Of a stretch of 35,500 nt of DNA, positions 14,958 through 23,190 are shown piece by piece; positions within the stretch are counted from its first letter, which is position 1; every line of letters begins with the position of its first letter. Both the position numbers and the translations under genes were made by a program. Source of the stretch: a virus (lineage: Duplodnaviria > Caudoviricetes); the IMG/VR virus record IMGVR_UViG_3300037310_000082, positions 1 through 35,500 of that record, one strand, 5' to 3'. The notes below the pieces were generated by a model that saw only the letters and a list, made by a program, of their open reading frames with translations, searched no databases and was not told the origin of the DNA.

Positions 14958-17531
14958 TCAAAAGAAATTGCGGTCTGCGACTTGCGCAACCGGGATGCTT
15001 GAATTGCCTGTCGTCAACGCCAGCCCGCGGATGTACAACGGCACAAACCCGTGAATCAGAAAGCCCACGTCCACCGTAGGCGTGCCTTCGTAGCTGTAGG
15101 CGTATGTCGTGCCCGCGTTCGCGTCCTTCTGCGCCAGGATTGTCGTGGTTCCAGCGCTCAGCACTACCACGTCTGAGCCGGGCTGAAGACCCGTAAACGT
15201 CACCGTGGCCGTGTCCAAAGGGTACGGATTCCCGCCCTGCGCGACGCTTGTCGTCACTGTAGGGATGGCGATGTTGGTCAACAGGTTGCCAGCATTGGCC
15301 GTGGCGCAGGTAGCGCGCACCTTGAGCTTGATGCCAATGGCGGGATCGATGGCGCCTACCGCGTTGAGGTTCGTCGCGTTGAGCGTGAGCCAAGCGCCGT
15401 TGTAGCCGCCGCCCGTTTTGTCCCACTGAAACTCGTAGGTCAAGTTGCCGGTGTTGGTGCCGGTCAGCGTCGGCGCGAGATTTGCCAGCGCTGTGTGGCC
15501 GCGGGCGAAGTACGGCATCTCCCAAGTGACCTGATCGCCGATCGTCGTCAGCGCAACCTGTCCGCTGGAATTGAAGCGCGGCGTGCCGCCAGTTGCCGCG
15601 CACTGCGCCGCGCTCGCCGTCGTGGCTTCGTTGCACAGTATCTCGATCTTGCCGACGGTGGCGCTTGTGAAGCTGTCCTTCCAGTGCGTTCCGTACACCG
15701 ACACTTGACCGGTGGTTGAGCCAGTGAGCGACACGGCCTTGGCGACGGCGTTCAGCGCCGCGATGACGGTCGTGTCGGCATAGTCGGCCTTCACGTCGGC
15801 AATCTCGACGGTGTTGTCGGAGTTGACAAACGCCCACGCTCCGGTTCGCGTGTTGCTGACGTAGATGCGCTTGAGTTCGATGCCGTCGTTGTTGCCGGCG
15901 CCGTTGAAAATTAGGCCGCTGGCGTTCGCGCTGCCCAAACTCAGCGGAGATGCGTAGGTGCCAATATTGCGCGCTTTGACTCCGTAGCAAGCGCTCGCGC
16001 TGACCAAACCGTTGTAAGGATGTACGTTGGTCAGGCCCAAGAAGTCCATGCCATCGACCTTTGGCGAGACGCAGCCAGTGGTCATGTCAATGGCGTAGTG
16101 CGCGTTCGTGGTGCCCGTGGTGCCGCTGAACTGGTCGGCGTAGCGCAAGTTTGTGAACACCGGCCGTTGCGCGCCGACGGCTAGGTGCCGGCCGCCGATG
16201 TTGACGCAGCCGCTCCAAGTGCAGTCCACGTTCTGCGTCGCCGTCCAAGTGCCCGTAGTGGTGTTTCCACGGTTCAGCAGCGTCTGCGCCTTGACATTGC
16301 TGAAAACAATGCCTTTGTTGAAGTTGCACTGCGCCACGTAGGCGCCGCTGGCAGCAAGAGAAAAGCGCGCCAAGTTGACGTTGGAGAACGCGCCGCCGCC
16401 GAAGCACGAAAGCATATTCAGCGCGAAGTTCAACTGCGCCTGCGTGGGAGACACGATGCAGTTGTCCACCGCGATAGGGCTGGCGATTTCTTGAAGCACC
16501 ATCGTGTCGCCGATGGCGCTGTTGGAAATGTCGGCGCGAAACGCCTGCAGGAAGTTGCCGTACCAATGCATGACGGCGTGGCTGATATCGATGTCGCCTG
16601 CCGCCGTGGTGACAAACTCTTGCCTAGTGGCAAGCGTGGAGTTGGGCAACACGCGAATCCCGCTGCCACCAGTGGTGCGCGTGCAGCACGTCAGAATGAC
16701 GTTCGGGATGCGCACCCTGCAGCCGGACGGCGGCAGAAAACCGACGTTGTTAGTGCCGTCGCTGCCGATGCGGATACCGCCGGTGGTCTGCCACACCACT
16801 TTGCCGCGCTCGTCGGTCGGCGTGCTGGCGCTGTTGACCATCGAGCCGACGCCCGGGAAGCGTTGATAGACCCCGCTGCCACTGGCAGTCTCGATCCACA
16901 CGCCGGGGAATACGCCTGCCACCGTGGCCGTGGTCGGGCACGGCAGCACCTGGCCGCGTGCGCCGCTGGTGGTGCCCAGTTCAAACCAGTCACCGATCAC
17001 CTCGAACGCGCCGATTCGCGGCACCGTGATCGTGGCCGTGTCTGCGCCGCGAACCTCGATCCAGCCAACTACGTCTGCGCCAGTAGCCGATGCGCCGATG
17101 CCGGTGAGCGCACCAGCCGCAAAGCTGCCACCAGTCTTGGACTTGATCTTGATGAAGCCGCTGGCCGGCATGGCGGATCCGGCCGCTGTAGGCTCGGCTT
17201 GCCATCCGCTCCACACGCCCAGCAGCGCGCCGCTGACGCCTCCCTGACTGATCGATGTTCCCACCGCCGGGACGTTGCCAGTGCCAGTGTTGTACGGAAT
17301 CACCCGCACCTGGGTGCCGTCGATCTGCAGCTTCCCGCCAATACCGGAGAACGAGACAGTATCAAGCGACCCGAACGCAGCCGAGTGGTTGGCGCATTGG
17401 TAGCTGTCGCAGGCAATGCGCAGCGTGGTGCCGTTGCTGATCGTGTAGGTGTCGAGCGTGGCATTCACGCTGCCACCAGACAGCGAATCCCACTCGGTCG
17501 TGCCGCCGGCATTGATGGCGAATGCGGTCAC
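14958..17531 (-). CDS. Putative fibre/tailspike-like beta-helix protein (857 aa)
   Basis: G/T/S/N-rich with repeating short beta-strand patterns in the middle. GTGA overlap at the start. Confidence 0.75.
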   Translation of the reverse strand: MTAFAINAGGTTEWDSLSGGSVNATLDTYTISNGTTLRIACDSYQCANHSAAFGSLDTVSFSGIGGKLQIDGTQVRVIPYNTGTGNVPAVGTSISQGGVSGALLGVWSGWQAEPTAAGSAMPASGFIKIKSKTGGSFAAGALTGIGASATGADVVGWIEVRGADTATITVPRIGAFEVIGDWFELGTTSGARGQVLPCPTTATVAGVFPGVWIETASGSGVYQRFPGVGSMVNSASTPTDERGKVVWQTTGGIRIGSDGTNNVGFLPPSGCRVRIPNVILTCCTRTTGGSGIRVLPNSTLATRQEFVTTAAGDIDISHAVMHWYGNFLQAFRADISNSAIGDTMVLQEIASPIAVDNCIVSPTQAQLNFALNMLSCFGGGAFSNVNLARFSLAASGAYVAQCNFNKGIVFSNVKAQTLLNRGNTTTGTWTATQNVDCTWSGCVNIGGRHLAVGAQRPVFTNLRYADQFSGTTGTTNAHYAIDMTTGCVSPKVDGMDFLGLTNVHPYNGLVSASACYGVKARNIGTYASPLSLGSANASGLIFNGAGNNDGIELKRIYVSNTRTGAWAFVNSDNTVEIADVKADYADTTVIAALNAVAKAVSLTGSTTGQVSVYGTHWKDSFTSATVGKIEILCNEATTASAAQCAATGGTPRFNSSGQVALTTIGDQVTWEMPYFARGHTALANLAPTLTGTNTGNLTYEFQWDKTGGGYNGAWLTLNATNLNAVGAIDPAIGIKLKVRATCATANAGNLLTNIAIPTVTTSVAQGGNPYPLDTATVTFTGLQPGSDVVVLSAGTTTILAQKDANAGTTYAYSYEGTPTVDVGFLIHGFVPLYIRGLALTTGNSSIPVAQVADRNFF

Positions 17532-18013
17532 GCGACTCTCTCAATGGTCATCACGCGGTCAGGCCCTCCATAGGTGTTCGGTACGCGTACTTCCCACTTT
17601 GCGCCCTTCTGACTCTGCGCGGGCATGACTTGCACGACTGGCGCAGGGATCTCAGGTGGCGTCGGCATTACAGCCTCAACCGTGATTGGAGTTGGCTCGA
17701 CCTTGACCGTAACGTTTGGAGCCGCAACGCTCACTTGAGGCGAGGCCACGTTGACGACTGGCGCAGCCTCGCGAATTGCCGCAGCAAGTCGATCAACTGC
17801 CGCCGCGGTCGCGTTCGCGCCGACAGCCTCGATCATTTCTGCAAGTGCTGTTTCCTGCGCGCTCAACATGCGCTCGATGCCAGCCATGCGAGCCGGGTCA
17901 GCAAGGTCGGCGATTCCGGCCTCCACTGCGCTGAAAAGCCTTTCCATCGACTCTTGCTGCTTGGACAAGCGCGAGAGAATTGCGGCTGAAAACTTGGCGT
18001 CTCCTTCGCTCAT
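17528..18013 (-). CDS. Hypothetical protein with a helical N-terminus and PVVNV/APNVTV repeats
   Basis: ATGA overlap with the 1302-aa gene stop. Pro-Val repeats. Confidence 0.75.
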   Translation of the reverse strand: MSEGDAKFSAAILSRLSKQQESMERLFSAVEAGIADLADPARMAGIERMLSAQETALAEMIEAVGANATAAAVDRLAAAIREAAPVVNVASPQVSVAAPNVTVKVEPTPITVEAVMPTPPEIPAPVVQVMPAQSQKGAKWEVRVPNTYGGPDRVMTIERVA

Positions 18014-21000
18014 GATGTCAGGCAGTCAAGGAGGGATTGAAGAACAGACGCACGCTTGCGCAGGGCGATGAGCTTTTCGGTGTTGGCGGTGCGCGGGGCG
18101 CGCGGCGCAACCTGCGGCGTCACCTTTGTCTGCTTCGACTGATCCCATCCGGCACGCCAGAGTTGCTTGTCGGTGTTGCTCAGGTCTTGCGGCGGGTCAC
18201 GCGGATCGCCGCGCTGGCCGGCCTCGCGGCCAAGTTGGCGCGCGTCAGCGGTCGGCTCGTCGAACATGCCGCGCTGTCCCGCAGCAGCCTCCACATCGGC
18301 GGCGCGGTCGCTGCCGGTGAGCGTGAACTCGTCGCGCTCGGCATCGGCGCGCGCCTTGTCGGCGAGGCGCTTCTGCTCGGCGCGGTCGGCCTTGTCGGCG
18401 GCGGAAGCGCGCTCGGCGTCAGCGCGCAGAGACTCGGCGGTCGGTGCCGTCAGCCCTTCTTGGGCGTCAGGTTGCGCCGCAGCGCTTCGAGCTTGAGCAG
18501 GCGCGTCCGATCCTTCGCCGGCATCTTGGCGAGCTTCGTCAGCGCCTTCTTGCGCCGCGGCGTCATCGGCTGCTTGAGCGATTTCACGTAGAGCTTCCTT
18601 GCTGGTCGGGGGCCAGTCGAACGCGATGTCATCGTCGTCCACGGCCTGCATGTCGGCCGCCGTCAGGTCGTTCTCGGCCATGATAGCCGCACGCTCGGCC
18701 TCTGCTTCGGCGGCGGCCTCGGCGTCAAGCGCTTGGTAGTGCTCGCGTTCGGCTTCGGCCGCCGCCTCGGCGTCGGCCAGTTCCTCATCCTGTGTCTTGG
18801 CCTCGACGCGGTTCAGGGCGTCCTGAATGATCGACTGCACCTTGAACTCGTAGCTGCCGCTCTCGACGGTGCCTGGCGGCAGATAGCCGCGCGCTTCCAG
18901 CGTTTCGGCCATCTCGGTAAAGTCGCTGCTTCCGCCAGCGCGGAACAACTTGCCAATGCCGGGGATCATCGGGTTGCGCCACTGCGTCACACGCCTGCCG
19001 TTCTTGCCGATTCGCTTTGTCTCAAAGCGGTGGCTCAGGTCGGCGATCAAGCTCGGGCTCAGTCCGCGCAGATCCTTGGAAAGCACCGCCAACAGGCGGC
19101 TTCCCATGACGGTGTGCGGATGCGCCTTTGGCGCGACGGACTTGGCCCTGTCCGCCGCGCTGCCGCTTAGTACGGCTTGGGCTTGCCGGTCTTGCCCGGC
19201 TTCTTGGCTGGGGCTTTGGCCTTTTTCATCGGCGGCTCCTTGGCTGGTGATCACGGCCGCGCTTGTGGGCGGGGCGGCCGACGCCGCAACAGATGGTGCA
19301 GCGGCAACAGGCGCGGACACTCTCGAAACCGCGGGCTCGGACGCACCCGCACGCGCGCCCTCGCCTTCTGCCTGCGCCGCTGCATTCTTTGGCGGGTAGA
19401 AGTTGGTCTTGTTGCCAACGGCGCCAGCGGCGCGGATGGCTTTCTTGGCGTCCAGATCCGACACGCCAGCGTCGAGTTCGATCGGCTGGCCGCTGTCATA
19501 GTCAAGCAGCGGCTTGCCCTCCATGTAGGGCGTCACCGTGCCGCTGTCGTTGGTGCGCAGCTCGACATCGGTGGTAGCGTTGGGCGTGCGACCGGCGCGA
19601 GCAATGATGCGCTGCGGTGCGGCCGGCGGCGCGGCGCTCAGTGCATTGTTGCTGACTGGTTGTCCGGGTCGAATTCCATCAACACCTTCGCCGCGAACAC
19701 CTTGTTCATCAGCGATGCCGGCATCGTCAGCCAGTCGTCGAGCGTCGTCGCGTAGCAGTTCGCTTCCAGCGCTTCGTCCGGCGTCAGCAGACCGAGCGAT
19801 TCCATCGCCTGCAGTTCTGGCAGCAATTCCTCCATTCAGGATCCCCAGCGGCTTGCGGGCTTCCTTGCTGGACGCCCACGCCTTAAAAGCGTTGATCGGC
19901 ATGCTGGTGATTGCGCCCAGCCCCCGCCAGTCGTCAGCGTAGTTGCTTCGGTAGATGGCCTCTGCCTCGGCTTGGTCAGCAGCGCCAATGATCGCCTTGG
20001 CCTCGTCGTACTTGCCAGTCCTGGGGTCAATCTGATCGACCACAAACACCGGGCCGGCATACTCCGGCGGCGTGCCCGGCTTGATGAACACGTCCACATG
20101 GTCGCCGTCCTTGGCTTCGCTGCCTCGCACATAGCCGTAGTGCGCGCGCATCGTGGTTTCCCACGGGTTGCCATCAGGATCGACGCCGCGCCGCACCGAG
20201 CCTTCGGGGTTCTCGATGCTGATATCCATGCCGGCAATGCGCGCGCGTCCGACCTTGTAGTTGCCGGCCTGCTTTTGGCCTTCGGTCGGCTCGCTCAGGT
20301 CGTTCTCGGGCGACGTGGCTGCGTCGTGCGCGGCGTCGTCGATCGGTGTGCGCGGCGGCATGTCGGCCAAGCCGGTTCCGTCATCTTGCATGCCGGCCAA
20401 GTCTTCAATCGTGGCAAGCAGCTCTTGAGGGGGCTGCAGTGTTTCACGCGGAACCAAATAAGGGTTTGAGGATGTTGCGGGAGATGGCGGCTGTTCGTCG
20501 AGCGCGGCCAGCGCGTCGTCTGTGGCTTGAGGGCCAACCACTCCGCGGTTTCGCAGCGCGGCGATCGCGCGCTTCATGAAGCCTGGCGCGTCGTTGATGG
20601 GCACGCGCTCGGACTGCTCCTTGATCGCTTTGACCGCCTTGCTCGGGATGCCAAACTCGGCGGCCATGTCATCCAGTCGCGCAACCGCGGCCTTCCGGCG
20701 CTCGATCGACGACAAAGCGCGCGCCGCGGCACCGCCGCCGCCGGCCGACGCGGTCATGATCACGGTCTGCGCGGCCGTCTGAACGGCGTCATCGATGTAC
20801 TCGTCCAGCGTCATATCCGGCCGCGTGCCTGCACGTCCGGTCTTGTCGTACAGGTTCTGGATCGCCAGCGTGACCTGTTCCTCGCCCTGCTGCTTGAGCG
20901 CTTCTTTCAGCACGGCGGCCGGCCGCATGCCAGTTCTGCTTGCCATGCCGCCCACCAGCCGCGCCAGACCAGGCATGCCGATGCGCTCGCCGATGAACTC

Positions 21001-21918
21001 GGCCACGCCATGCACGGACGCGCCCTCGATAGACTCTTCCACCGTGAAGCCCGAGCGGCGCAGCAGCGCGTACTGATCGCCGGCTGTCTGGCCGACCATT
21101 GCGCCGATTGCCGCTATCGTGCCACCCGTTGCGCCGGTCACCGCGGCGGTGCCGAGCGACTGGAACGCGCCACTGACAAGTTTGTCGCCGTTCGGATTGT
21201 CGAACGACGCCAGCAGACGCTGGCCGGCTTGGTTGGCATCGCTGGCAAAGTCTGCGATCTTGTCGGAGTCCGCCACATCGGCGGCGGCCTGCACAACGCC
21301 CCACGCCGCGCTTCCAAGCCCGGGAAAAACCTTCGCGACACCGCGCAGCGCGTCGCCGACAACCTCTTTTGCATACCCGCTCGTCGATCTGTCAATCGGC
21401 TTGCGGTCGAAGCCGCGCAGCGCATCGCCCACTGCGTTGCGCGGGTCGCTCGGCTGGACACTGCCTGGGTTTTGCGCACTGCGCTCGAAGCGCTGCCGCG
21501 CACTCAAGCCAGGCTCGACCAGCGCCGCGTACTCGGCATCGCTCATGCGCTGCTCGGGCGGCACGGCCGGCACGCTTGGCGGCTGCGTGGCGTCGAACAC
21601 CGATTGAACAGCCGGCGGCTCGGGTTGAGTCAGGCGCGCTTGGCGATCGGCCGCGGCTTGCCGGATGCCTCGATCAACTTCGGCAATGCGCTGCATCGGC
21701 GAAGGAAGCGGCGCGCGCTGCACCGCTTGCTCTGCCGTCGCGCCTGCGTCGCCGCGGCCACCTGGCGATGGCGTCACGTCGCGCGGCAGCGGCCGGCGGG
21801 CGGCGGCATCACGAAGACGCTGCGTTTCGCGCCGGCCGGCGGCCAGCATCACGTCATCTGGCGTTTCGTCTGGAAACTCAAGCAGCGTCCCATCGAACAG
21901 TTCAAGCTCGCGCGGCAT
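18010..21918 (-). CDS. Large internal virion/ejection protein with an inorganic-pyrophosphatase-like (InPase) polyvalent-protein domain
   Basis: PTEGQKQAGNYKVG...ISIENPEGSVRRG...HYGYVRG...DGDHVDVF...DQ...YDEAK at about 19870-20320. Gly/Ala-rich N-terminal region. Confidence 0.85.
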   Translation of the reverse strand: MPRELELFDGTLLEFPDETPDDVMLAAGRRETQRLRDAAARRPLPRDVTPSPGGRGDAGATAEQAVQRAPLPSPMQRIAEVDRGIRQAAADRQARLTQPEPPAVQSVFDATQPPSVPAVPPEQRMSDAEYAALVEPGLSARQRFERSAQNPGSVQPSDPRNAVGDALRGFDRKPIDRSTSGYAKEVVGDALRGVAKVFPGLGSAAWGVVQAAADVADSDKIADFASDANQAGQRLLASFDNPNGDKLVSGAFQSLGTAAVTGATGGTIAAIGAMVGQTAGDQYALLRRSGFTVEESIEGASVHGVAEFIGERIGMPGLARLVGGMASRTGMRPAAVLKEALKQQGEEQVTLAIQNLYDKTGRAGTRPDMTLDEYIDDAVQTAAQTVIMTASAGGGGAAARALSSIERRKAAVARLDDMAAEFGIPSKAVKAIKEQSERVPINDAPGFMKRAIAALRNRGVVGPQATDDALAALDEQPPSPATSSNPYLVPRETLQPPQELLATIEDLAGMQDDGTGLADMPPRTPIDDAAHDAATSPENDLSEPTEGQKQAGNYKVGRARIAGMDISIENPEGSVRRGVDPDGNPWETTMRAHYGYVRGSEAKDGDHVDVFIKPGTPPEYAGPVFVVDQIDPRTGKYDEAKAIIGAADQAEAEAIYRSNYADDWRGLGAITSMPINAFKAWASSKEARKPLGILNGGIAARTAGDGIARSADAGRSAGSELLRDDARRLADDAGIADEQGVRGEGVDGIRPGQPVSNNALSAAPPAAPQRIIARAGRTPNATTDVELRTNDSGTVTPYMEGKPLLDYDSGQPIELDAGVSDLDAKKAIRAAGAVGNKTNFYPPKNAAAQAEGEGARAGASEPAVSRVSAPVAAAPSVAASAAPPTSAAVITSQGAADEKGQSPSQEAGQDRQAQAVLSGSAADRAKSVAPKAHPHTVMGSRLLAVLSKDLRGLSPSLIADLSHRFETKRIGKNGRRVTQWRNPMIPGIGKLFRAGGSSDFTEMAETLEARGYLPPGTVESGSYEFKVQSIIQDALNRVEAKTQDEELADAEAAAEAEREHYQALDAEAAAEAEAERAAIMAENDLTAADMQAVDDDDIAFDWPPTSKEALREIAQAADDAAAQEGADEARQDAGEGSDAPAQARSAAAQPDAQEGLTAPTAESLRADAERASAADKADRAEQKRLADKARADAERDEFTLTGSDRAADVEAAAGQRGMFDEPTADARQLGREAGQRGDPRDPPQDLSNTDKQLWRAGWDQSKQTKVTPQVAPRAPRTANTEKLIALRKRASVLQSLLDCLTS
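18450..18587 (-). CDS. Nested +1-frame basic protein (45 aa)
   Basis: AAGGA 8 nt before GTG 18587. By my count 42 of 45 codons end in G/C. Confidence 0.55.
   Translation of the reverse strand: MKSLKQPMTPRRKKALTKLAKMPAKDRTRLLKLEALRRNLTPKKG
19167..19229 (-). CDS. Nested +1-frame Lys/Pro-rich peptide MKKAKAPAKKPGKTGKPKPY
   Basis: AAGGAG 6 nt before ATG 19229, TAA stop, and 17 of 20 codons end in G/C. Confidence 0.55.
   Translation of the reverse strand: MKKAKAPAKKPGKTGKPKPY
19638..19835 (-). CDS. Nested +1-frame acidic helical protein (65 aa)
   Basis: GGGGA upstream of the ATG and GC3-rich codons, while the host frame here uses AGA/CGA/GGA/ATT codons. Confidence 0.5.
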   Translation of the reverse strand: MEELLPELQAMESLGLLTPDEALEANCYATTLDDWLTMPASLMNKVFAAKVLMEFDPDNQSATMH

Positions 21919-21924
21919 CGTCGT

Positions 21925-23190
21925 CTATTGGATCACGTTGCCCTGCGCATCCAATCGGATGCGGTTTGCGTCTTTCCGCGCGACGGAAGGCTGAGGCGGC
22001 GCGACGGAAGGCTGAGGCGGCATGTTGGCCGACAGCCCAGGCTTCTCGCCATTCGCCAATCGATTTCGCACGTCCAGCGCACGCTGATACTCGGCATTGG
22101 CGGCCCTTACTTCTGGATCATCGGCCACCGCCTTCGCGCGTTCTTCGCCATTCATGAGGTCGCCGTCCAGCGTTTTCAGGCGAATCTCGATCGCGGCCTG
22201 CCGCGCCTGCTGCAAAGCATTGCGCGCCGTCTCCACCGCGCGGTTGGCTTGAGTAAGCGTGCGGACGTTGCCGCCGTCGGCATCACCGTCCTGCTTGGCG
22301 GCATTTGTTTTGCGATCCTGCGCGCCGCGCGCGCCAATCTCACCCAAGGTCAAGTTGCTCTTGAACTTCTCCAAGTCCCTTCGAAGACCAAACTCCTGCT
22401 CGTTGGTCTTGCGCCGATCAGCCTCCTTCTCGGCGTTGACGCGCACGTCATTGGCCGCTTTCCGAGCATCGAGGTACGATTCCAAGTTCATCTTGATCAG
22501 CGTTTTCGGATCGGCCAAGCGCTGAGAGATGATGTCCTGCATCTGCTGCGCCGTGACCGTGAACGGCTGGCCGGAAGGCTCGCCGGTAAAGCGGCTCTTC
22601 TGCAAGATCTTGAAATTGCGCTCGCCGCTGCGTCCGCGCACTTCTTCGATTTCGCCGATCAGACCATCGTCCATCTGCTCATCAAGCTCACGGAACGGCG
22701 TGATGAAGTCGCCCCCCATCTGCAAAGCCTGCATGGCGCGCATGCCGGCTTCTTGCTGGAACTGCGTGCGCAGCGCCGCCGCCTGGACGTACTTGGCCGC
22801 GCCCAGGTCGTAGCGCCCGCGCCTGAAAAGCTCGTCGTACTCGGCCTGCGCAGCCCTGAGCAGCGCTTTCTGACTTGGCCGGTAAGGCTGCATCGGCGCG
22901 CGTGCTACCGCGCCACCGTCAAGCGTTGGGCCGGGCAGCGCCTTCGTGGCCTGCGCTTCGTACTCGGCGCGGTCTTCTTCGATCGCCGTCATGGCTGCTT
23001 GGCGCGCGGCCTGAGCGTCATCCATGTCGCGGTCGGCCATCTCGTCGGCGCGCTTCTGGCGGTTGATCTGATAGTCGAGCAGCGACATGCGCTTGGCGCG
23101 TTCTTCCTGTTGCTGCTGGCGGTCGATGGCTTGGTTGAACCCGCCGAGCGCCGCGCCTGCGCCCAACCCAAACCTTGCAAGCCCGTTCAT
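21925..23190 (-). CDS. Putative ejection (internal virion) protein
   Basis: N-terminal GLARFGLGAGAALGGF followed by Q/E/R coiled coil, positioned between the pilot-like and giant proteins. Start set at ATG 23190 (ATGA overlap). Confidence 0.75.
   Translation of the reverse strand: MNGLARFGLGAGAALGGFNQAIDRQQQQEERAKRMSLLDYQINRQKRADEMADRDMDDAQAARQAAMTAIEEDRAEYEAQATKALPGPTLDGGAVARAPMQPYRPSQKALLRAAQAEYDELFRRGRYDLGAAKYVQAAALRTQFQQEAGMRAMQALQMGGDFITPFRELDEQMDDGLIGEIEEVRGRSGERNFKILQKSRFTGEPSGQPFTVTAQQMQDIISQRLADPKTLIKMNLESYLDARKAANDVRVNAEKEADRRKTNEQEFGLRRDLEKFKSNLTLGEIGARGAQDRKTNAAKQDGDADGGNVRTLTQANRAVETARNALQQARQAAIEIRLKTLDGDLMNGEERAKAVADDPEVRAANAEYQRALDVRNRLANGEKPGLSANMPPQPSVAPPQPSVARKDANRIRLDAQGNVIQ
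21978..22019. repeat. Perfect 21-bp tandem duplication encoding PPQPSVA twice
   Basis: GCGCGACGGAAGGCTGAGGCG at 21978-21998 and 21999-22019. Confidence 0.9.

Noticed and set aside
14740-15990. 416-aa alternative-frame minus-strand ORF
   Set aside because: Arg/Gln/His-rich frame-shift shadow of the 857-aa gene; the GC3 bias stays in the main frame.
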